NCBI GenBank assembly: GCA_963806225.1
Contig: CAWDXG010000004.1
Location: 2,880,001-2,944,000 of the forward strand
Direction: 5' to 3'
Origin: an uncultured delta proteobacterium
Lineage (GTDB): Bacteria; Myxococcota_A; Polyangia; Polyangiales; Polyangiaceae
DNA length: 64,000 nucleotides
This document shows positions 57,302 through 64,000 of the stretch, one piece after another; positions within the stretch are counted from its first letter, which is position 1, and the number at the start of each line of letters is the position of its first letter. The position numbers were made by a program, and so were the translations under genes. Under the pieces are notes generated by a model, which was not told the DNA's origin, searched no databases, and was given only the letters and a program-made list of their open reading frames with translations.

Positions 57302-57479
57302 GACTGGGCTCCCGAGCGCTTCCAGATCGAAGGCAGAGAGATCTACACCTGGTATCCGCACGCCCAAGCGAAGAGCCCGCTCGCCACGGCGCTCGCCAAG
57401 CTGCCGCTGCGCGGCGCCGTCACGACGCGGAACTGGAACACCCGTGCAGAAGCTCTTCGAGTTGCTCGATCCGCGCTGA
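57302..57479 (+). pseudogene. C-terminal fragment of a DUF1697-family gene
   Basis: DWAPERFQIEGREIYTWYP...TTRNWNT then VQKLFELL after a +1 shift in CCC 57441-57443. Confidence 0.55.
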
Positions 57480-57559
57480 GCGGACGCTCCGAGCGCTTTT
57501 CGGTGGGCAGCGCGGGCGCGGCGGGCAGCGCGGGCGCGGTTCGCGCCCGCGACGAGCTG

Positions 57560-58070
57560 GACGCGCTCGGCGGCGTCATGCGCCCCGCCCAGGATGTAGC
57601 GCCAGAGCGCTTCCTTTCCCGCGGCGTCGCTAGCACTCGCCGTCGTGGCGGCGTGGAGCGAGAAGCCGCCCTCCACGGCGCACAGGCCCTTGGTGACTTC
57701 CAGGCCGCGGTCGCCGCGCAGCGTGATCGGCTCACGGCGGCGTAGCGCCGGACCGGCCGGAAGCGTGCCGAGCGTGGAGGCGACGGCGAGCTCCGCGAGC
57801 GCGGGCTCGCTGTCTGCGAGCTTGGCGTCGGCGCTGACGGTGTCGTCGGTGATCACGCCCTTGCGACGGAGGAGCACGAGGATGCGCGTGCGCGCGATCT
57901 GCAACATGTCGGCAACATCGTCGTGGGTGAGACGCGGCAGCGCACAGAACGAGAGCTCGCCGCCCTCCGCATCCTCCACGAACACCCCATCCAGTGCGCC
58001 CGTGTGGAAGTGCGGATTGAGCCTGAGGTCGCTCGAGACGCGCTGCACGGCGGTACCGGCGCCGCCCCTG
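57560..58070 (-). mobile_element. IS91-family (HUH/Y2) transposase remnant
   Basis: VQRVSSDLRLNPHFHTGALDGVF (HUH motif) and GFSLHAAT...EALWRYI; N- and C-terminal parts missing. Confidence 0.8.
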
Positions 58071-58079
58071 CCGCCCTCG

Positions 58080-58354
58080 ATGCCGCGCGCCCCGAGAACG
58101 GGACGCACGCCCGCGTCCGGCTCGGCAAGACGGCCGTCCACGAGATGGGCCACACGCTCGGCCTGACGCATTGCGCGAACCACGGCTGCCTGATGGCAGA
58201 CGGCAAGGGCAGCGTGCTGACGACCGACGACGAGTACGACCTGTGCGACAAGCGCTGTCGCCCCCTGCTCGAGAAGGCCGGCTACATGCTCGGCAGGCGC
58301 GGCGGACGCACCCTGGCCGAGGCCGAAGTAGGGCTCAGCTGCAGAGCCCGTTGA
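58080..58354 (+). pseudogene. C-terminal fragment of an archaemetzincin-like Zn protease
   Basis: KTAVHEMGHTLGLTHCANHGCLM...LCDKRC; 5' end abuts the IS91 remnant. Confidence 0.65.
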
Positions 58355-58946
58355 CGCAGCTCTGGCCGGACGCACAGACATGGCCGCAGAAGCCGCAGTT
58401 GGAAGAGTCGGTCTTCAGGTCGACCTCACACGCGTCGGAGGGATCGCAGTTGCAGTCGCCGTAGTACGGCGGGCACGCCGAAGATTGGCATTGGCCCTGC
58501 TGGCAATAGACGCAGGTACCTGGTTGCCCCGGAGCAGCACACGCGTTGCCGCAGCCGCCGCAGTTGTCGGGATCGCTGTCGACGTCGATCTCGCATCCGT
58601 TCGCCGGGTCGCCGTCGCAGTCCTCGAAGCCGGGATTGCAGGACTGGAGGGCGCAGCCGTCGTTCTGGCAGGTCGCAGTTGCGTTGGGCACGTCGCACGC
58701 CGCGCAGGACGCCGCGCCGCAGCCATGCGCGGGATCGTCGGTGGCCACGCAGTCGCCGCCGCACGCCTTCAGTCCCGGACCGCAACCGCCCCCGCCCGAG
58801 GCGCCGCCAGCAACGGCATCGTAGATCGCTCCGCCACTTCCGCCGGTGCCCGCAGCGCCCCCCGAGCTCGAGCCCGTCGTGGCGCGCCCGCCACAGCCGG
58901 CCAGGAACAGGCAGACGGCGATCACAAAGACGGAATTCGACGACAT
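58335..58946 (-). CDS. Cys-rich repeat lipoprotein
   Basis: FLAGC lipobox; DCDGDPANGCE...DPDNCGGCGNAC repeats. Confidence 0.8.
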   Translation of the reverse strand: MSSNSVFVIAVCLFLAGCGGRATTGSSSGGAAGTGGSGGAIYDAVAGGASGGGGCGPGLKACGGDCVATDDPAHGCGAASCAACDVPNATATCQNDGCALQSCNPGFEDCDGDPANGCEIDVDSDPDNCGGCGNACAAPGQPGTCVYCQQGQCQSSACPPYYGDCNCDPSDACEVDLKTDSSNCGFCGHVCASGQSCVNGLCS

Positions 58947-59210
58947 CTCGCTCGGAAGGATAACGCGACGTGGTGGCAGAGAGAAAGTGCCTAGTCCTGT
59001 CGATCCCGCTTGACGACCTTTGGCGCGGTCGCGCCCGCGAAATCGCAGCTGGCAGTTGAACGACCTCACGCTGCGCCGGTGCGAGGTCAGGAACGCGTGC
59101 CAGCGGTCAGACGATTGCGCAGTCGATCGTGCTCGCAGTCGCGCGTCTGCGCGTCGCCAGCGAGGCGTCAAAACCCCGTGGTATGCACGAAGCACAAGGA
59201 GGGACTCGTC

Positions 59211-59600
59211 ATGATGGAAACATGCCAACGCGCCCATCACGCCCTGCTGCGCATCGCAAAGAGGCGCGCCGAGCTCGACCGCCGAGGAGGGCCGCTGGCT
59301 GCTTGTCGCCTATCGCGAGCACGCCCACGAGCGGCTCGGTTTTGGCAGCTTTGTCGAGTACATCGAGCGGCTGCTTGGTCATGGTCCGCGCACGACGCTC
59401 GAGAAACTGCGCGTGGCGGAAGCGCTGGAAGGCCTGCCGACACTGGACCAGGCGCTGGCGGAAGGCCGCGCGAGCTACGAGATCGCCATGACCGTCTGCG
59501 AGCACTGCGGCGCCGGAGAGCAACGGGGCAAGGGAGAGCCCGTGGTCGTCGGCGCCGAGGTCGTCGAGGTGGCGGGCTGCGTCCACAATGCGCAACTCCA
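59211..59600 (+). mobile_element. Remnant of a myxobacterial HNH-endonuclease-associated gene
   Basis: AHHALLRIAKRRAELD/AEEGRWLL...LGFGSFVEYIERLLG...LRVAEALEGLP joined directly to GRASYEIAMTVCEHCG (internal deletion); no HNH motif retained; +1 shift at 59279-59280. Confidence 0.55.
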
Positions 59601-59769
59601 GCCCGCCCGCAGTCCCACGCCACTCGGGGTTGCCGTTGAGCGTCACGCACTGGCCGGAGCCGACGGCTCCGCCGACTTGTTGCAGGATATCCTCGAGCAT
59701 CACGGGCGGCGGAACGCTTGCACATGGTGCGCGCAATGCCAAGCGCTGCCTCGCAACGCCCGCGCGGAC

Positions 59770-59890
59770 GGTCCTGGGTGTCGTCGACCGCGTGCGAGAG
59801 CAGATCGCGGGCGCGCTCGAGGAGGTCCACGTACTCCTGCGAAGCGGTGAACTGCACCTTGTAGCGTTGCTGCGCTGGCGCCTGGTCCCG
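59770..59890 (-). mobile_element. Remnant of a second HNH-associated gene family
   Basis: QRYKVQFTASQEYVDLLERARDLLSHAV, a segment I recognise from myxobacterial HNH proteins. Confidence 0.5.
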
Positions 59891-60343
59891 CGCCGCCGCG
59901 GCACCCCCACCCACCCATCGCGCTTCGTCGTCGCTCCGCGTTGCGCCATCCGCGTCGCCCGCCCAATCTCCTGGTCGCGCTCCCGGCGGCAGCTCGCGCA
60001 CCGGATTGAACGACCCGACGAATTCGCTCCACGTCGGATTGCGCGGCGTGGTCAGCTCCGGGCCGAGCGGTTCGATGCGCGCCGGCACATCCGGCAGCGG
60101 ATCGAGCTCGCGCGCCAGCTTGGCGATCGCGCGCTTGGTGCGGAAGCGGTCGTGCGGCTGCGCCGCGCGGCGCCCGCGGAAGTGGGACGGCACCCGCAGC
60201 GTCGGACCGACTGGCGGCCGCGACGCTTCGCATGCCGTCGCGTCGCTACCCGGCCCATTCGCCTCCCGGCAAGTCTCCGAGCTCGGGATCGCCGGAGTCA
60301 CCGCCCTTGCAGCGCCGGGCCCCAACTCAAAGTGCGGCGCGAG

Positions 60344-60874
60344 ATGACAACCCGAGCCGAACAGTACTTTCTCGAGCAGCTTGCCCCTCACGGGACGGAC
60401 GCCAAGGATGTCGTTGCCAGCGGGTACTTCCGAACGTTCATCCGGGACCGGTCGGGAAGGAGAGACCTGTCGGTCTTCGTAGATGCCGCGAAGGCGCTCG
60501 GACACTATCTCGCGCTGACCAACGACAAGCTCTTCATCGTCAAGACCCGTGCGCCAGCTACGTCGACCCCGCTACTCGAGAACCGGGGTGTGGTGGAGAT
60601 CCCGCTTTCGCGAATCCGGCAAGCGACGCTCGAGACCGACCTCTTCTTGATCGAGTCCGATGTCGTGACGCTGCCGCTCCAACTCCAGGTGTCCAACAAG
60701 TCGTTTCCGGATCAGGAGCGGCTGTTGGAGGAGTTCGCGAAGAGATTCAACGTCGCCGCGTCCATCGCGTCGATCCGTGCAGCGCAGGCGAAGAAACGGT
60801 GGACAAGACTTGGATTGGTCGCTGCAGCGATCGCCGCAGTCGTGCTGTGGACCCTATTCAAGAACTGGAAGTGA
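60344..60874 (+). CDS. Hypothetical protein with PH-like segment and C-terminal TM helix
   Basis: YLALTNDKLFIV...EIPLSRI; hydrophobic C-terminus LGLVAAAIAAVVLWTLF. Confidence 0.65.
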   Translation: MTTRAEQYFLEQLAPHGTDAKDVVASGYFRTFIRDRSGRRDLSVFVDAAKALGHYLALTNDKLFIVKTRAPATSTPLLENRGVVEIPLSRIRQATLETDLFLIESDVVTLPLQLQVSNKSFPDQERLLEEFAKRFNVAASIASIRAAQAKKRWTRLGLVAAAIAAVVLWTLFKNWK

Positions 60875-60907
60875 CCCTCCGCCGAGGACCAGCGTAGGCC
60901 GCTCGGC

Positions 60908-61402
60908 TCAGCCGGTGGTCCAGGTCGGGTCGGCGGCGGCTGCGGGGCCGCGCGCGGGGCGGACGACGAGCGCGATCGAATCCTCGACGTCCGGTGAGCC
61001 GGAGACCTTCGCGTGGAAGCGAACGGACCAGCCGATCTGCGCGTCGCGCAGGCTGAGGGTGCAGGGCGCGGCGCCCTCCGGCGGCATCGGAAGTGCGGCG
61101 GCGAACCAACCCGGCTGGCCCGGCTCGGCGACAAGCGGGATCGCTTGCTGGTGCACCACGTGCTCGCGCTGCTGCGAGAAGTTGTCGTAGCCGTACTGCT
61201 GGGCCAGCTCGCGCACGACCAGGGTCGCCTCCGCGCGCTCCACGCGAGCGTCGGGCGCCAGCTGCAGGCGGCAGCGTAACGCGCCCTCGACGGGCTCGAC
61301 CTCGGCGTAGGCGTTCCCCGCGGCGCGGGTCGTGAGCAGCCCGAGCACCGTCCCGATCAAGGCGGAGGCGAGTGTGGAGCCGCTTCCCGCGGCCCCGCGC
61401 AC
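60908..61402 (-). CDS. Hypothetical protein or fragment
   Basis: 164-aa ORF with protein-like composition; no recognised motif; start uncertain. Confidence 0.35.
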   Translation of the reverse strand: MRGAAGSGSTLASALIGTVLGLLTTRAAGNAYAEVEPVEGALRCRLQLAPDARVERAEATLVVRELAQQYGYDNFSQQREHVVHQQAIPLVAEPGQPGWFAAALPMPPEGAAPCTLSLRDAQIGWSVRFHAKVSGSPDVEDSIALVVRPARGPAAAADPTWTTG

Positions 61403-61899
61403 CGGTGGGCGCTCCGGGGCTATGCTGTCGCTGGTCTTCCCTTGTGACGCGCTGTGGTGCTTCGACCCGTCTCACGGCGGAGAAAGATCATTCCGCTGGC
61501 AAGAGTGTTCCGGCATACACGTCCCCATCGACGGACCCGGACTCTGCGGGGTGGGCCGTACAGTTGACCTGGGAGGCGACCGGGTCGAGGGCCCGTCCGC
61601 GCCATGAGCAACTTGCCCGTTGCAGGCGCTCACTCCCAGCAAGCAACACGTGAATATCGCTCGCCCGGTGAAGCGGCCGCGACCGACGCGGAGCGGGCCG
61701 GGGCAGGTGCGTGCTGCGTAGCACGATAGTTGCGGGGGCCCGCTGACGTGGAGCGGCTGCCAGGACCTGCGGGCCGGTAGCCAGATGTCCGCTCCCAGCC
61801 TGCACCCGTCGCGGGTGCATGGCCCGCGCGATTACGACGAATCTCGTCAGCCTGCTCGCTTGTCTCGAGGCCGGCCCGTCGCTAACCTTGGAATACTCC

Positions 61900-62200
61900 A
61901 TGCGCCCGATGACGACCGACCTGAATCGCGGGGACCGGCGCCCATATTTCTTGTGGGACGAGGACGTCTCCATCGACGAGCTTCGCGCCGCGCTCGCCGG
62001 GAATCAGGGCCCGGAGGAACGACTGCGCCTTCTCGGCAAGCTCCTGCGCGAGGCGCGGGATACGGACGTTCTGGGAGTTCGTTGCCCCACAGGACGTCGC
62101 GCGCGCCCTTCCCGACCTGCGCCGGCGTCTCGGCCGCCGGCGTCGCTTCTGGGAGTTCCTGATCGAGGGCTGGCGACAGGACGGCATCCTGAAGGACTAG
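61900..62200 (+). CDS. Small partner (putative antitoxin) of the AbiEii-type toxin; +1 frameshift near 62070
   Basis: RPYFLWDEDVSIDEL...LLREARDTDV then WEFVAPQDV...LGRRRRFWEFLIEGWRQDGILKD* after removing one T at 62069-62070. Confidence 0.7.
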
Positions 62201-62204
62201 CCCG

Positions 62205-62861
62205 ATGACTGAAGGCGCTGCCCACGAGCTGACGGCGCTGCAGCGCGACGTCCTTCGCGCTTTCTTCGAGCGCGACCGTGGTTTCTTCCTTACTGGCGGC
62301 GCGGCACTGGTCGGCTTCTACCTGCACCATCGTGACACCACGGATCTCGACCTGTTCTGCACCGACGACGATGCGTTCGAGCGCGGGCGCTTCGCGTTGG
62401 CAGGCGCCGTCGCGAAGCTCGGGGGCACACTCGCAGTGGTCCAGGACGCACCGGACTTCAAGCGCTTCAGTGTCACGCGCGGTGACGAGATCGTGATTGT
62501 CGACCTGGTGCGGGATCGCGTACCGCAGACGCACGCCCGGAAGAACGAGCTGGACGGGATCCTCGTGGACCCCGTGGACGAGATCGTCGTGAACAAGTTG
62601 ACGACCATCGCCAGCCGGATGGAGGAGCGCGACCTGGTCGATCTGTTCCTGCTCGAGCGAGCGGGATACCGCGTGGACGACCACCTCGATGCCGCTCTCG
62701 CCAAGGACGGTGGTTGCACACCTGCGACGCTCGCTTGGCTCTTGAGCGAGATCGAGATCCCGGATTCGGCGCCCCTCCCCGGCAACGTAGACGCGGTCGA
62801 GCTCCGCGAGTGGATTGGGAAGCTGGTTGTTCGACTACGGAGCGCCGCGGTGCCGAGGTAG
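62205..62861 (+). CDS. AbiEii/AbiGii-family nucleotidyltransferase toxin
   Basis: FFLTGGAALVGFYLHHRDTTDLDLF, NKLTTIASRMEERDLVDL. Confidence 0.88.
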   Translation: MTEGAAHELTALQRDVLRAFFERDRGFFLTGGAALVGFYLHHRDTTDLDLFCTDDDAFERGRFALAGAVAKLGGTLAVVQDAPDFKRFSVTRGDEIVIVDLVRDRVPQTHARKNELDGILVDPVDEIVVNKLTTIASRMEERDLVDLFLLERAGYRVDDHLDAALAKDGGCTPATLAWLLSEIEIPDSAPLPGNVDAVELREWIGKLVVRLRSAAVPR

Positions 62862-62945
62862 GAGCGCTTCCCCGGCGCGCTCGCCGCTTCCTGCGTCTTG
62901 GCGACGGACCACGGCGAGCACTCGCTCTTCGATCCCGGCCAGCGG

Positions 62946-63449
62946 CTACGGGCGGTACACGCAACCAGCCGGCGCGGGCCCTTGGGCTCCACCCCACACG
63001 ATCATCTCGGTTCCGGTCCAGACCGCGTAGTGGCCTGCGCGCGCTCCAGGCGTCCCGGGCTCCAGGGCTCCAGGGCAGTCCATTGGCCGGTCGCGGGGTC
63101 GTAGGAGGCCCCGTCGTCGAAGAAGGTCGATCCGTCCCTTCCCCCGAAGATGATCATCTTGTCGCCCGTCCAGACGGCGGAGTGGAGCGAGCGCGCTTCC
63201 GGCGCGCCCGCCGAGGCCGGAATGGGCGTCGTTACGGACGATCCCGGCGTGAACAGCACGCCGGTGCCGTCGTAGGTCGGCGGGGTGGTGCTGAGCGAGT
63301 TCGGCGCGGTCCGTCCGCCCTCTCACGCACGTTGGCACAGAGGGGACCCACAGGTAGACAGGGCTGGGTGTGTAGGACCGCGTCCCGCTGCCGCATCCCA
63401 CCACGAGTGCCGCAGCGGCCAGCAACAGCGCCACACCACGATGAAGCAA
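62946..63449 (-). pseudogene. Kelch-repeat lipoprotein remnant
   Basis: LVVGC lipobox; ARSLHSAVWTGDKMIIFGG...YDPATGQW and ARAGHYAVWTGTEMIVWGG in different frames; too short for a full propeller. Confidence 0.6.
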
Positions 63450-63845
63450 TCACTGCTCAGCGCTATTTCGCACGACGCAGGCGAGTAGGTCTTGCAATCC
63501 TCTCCCGCGCGAGCGGTCGCGCTCCAGTCCCTGCCCTGTACGCGTGAGGAGGAACTCATGTCGAGCGCGCTGTAACATGCGTTCCATACCATATTGCCGA
63601 TTACGTACGGCCCGTTCTGTCAACGCCCAGACTGCGAAGCCGATCCCCGGGCTATGCTGGAAGCGAGGGGGATGCGCGCGATGGTGTTGGGGATGCCGAG
63701 CCCGGCGTCGCGCGGGATGTGCACCAGCGACCAGATCTCGGCGTTCACGACGCCCCACGGATTCATCCAGCCGTGCCCCGCGCGCCCGGAATCGGCACAT
63801 CCATTGCTGGACAAGTTACGCCGCGACGAGTACCCACGACAGCCG

Positions 63846-64000
63846 TCACTTCGTCAGGTGCGGTGCCTTCTCGTCGGCCTGCCAGTGTGCGACCGTAACG
63901 ACTTCGCCCGCGCTCGTGCCCTGGGATCCGTCTCGTTCCTGCAGGACCACCAGATTGGCGATCAACTCGCCGTCTGCGCTGCTACGGCCGACGCTGCCAA
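63846..64000 (-). CDS. 3' end of an unidentified gene entering from the window edge
   Basis: Open frame GSVGRSSADGELIANLVVLQ...APHLTK* ending at TGA 63848-63846. Confidence 0.3.
   Translation of the reverse strand, partial: GSVGRSSADGELIANLVVLQERDGSQGTSAGEVVTVAHWQADEKAPHLTK

Noticed and set aside
61640..61800. Further IS91 C-terminal remnant
   Set aside because: Only a vague Pro/Ala-rich resemblance; no match to the other copies that I could verify.

Overview
High-GC bacterial DNA with myxobacterial hallmarks (MYXO-CTERM sorting signal, AgmX/PglI-type C-terminal domain, many Cys/Gly-rich lipoproteins); a Polyangiaceae-like host is inferred, not proven. Left to right: FecR/VIT/vWA surface proteins; a REC-STAS/SEC14-PAS kinase operon; a WGR-like/PP2C fusion; a CehA/McbA metallohydrolase; a low-oxygen block (Crp/Fnr regulator with FNR-type box, FmdE, TauE, beta-barrel, korAB, rubrerythrin-like ferritin) converging on a cooF-cooS-cooC-FAD oxidoreductase Ni-CODH operon with a sigma54-type promoter; a MYXO-CTERM pentaheme cytochrome; and a divergent six-gene cluster around a Fur-family box (large unknown lipoprotein, beta-propeller/di-heme enzyme, small lipoprotein | ferritin-like lipoprotein, P460-type cytochrome, beta-barrel), the best candidate for an undescribed system. 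After a dicarboxylate symporter and a tRNA 3'-end fragment (possible att site) come envelope genes, a TetR-SDR unit with twin operators, IS91 and HNH remnants and an AbiEii-type toxin-antitoxin pair. Many single-base insertions look like sequencing errors. All family assignments are from motif recognition by eye; no searches were run.
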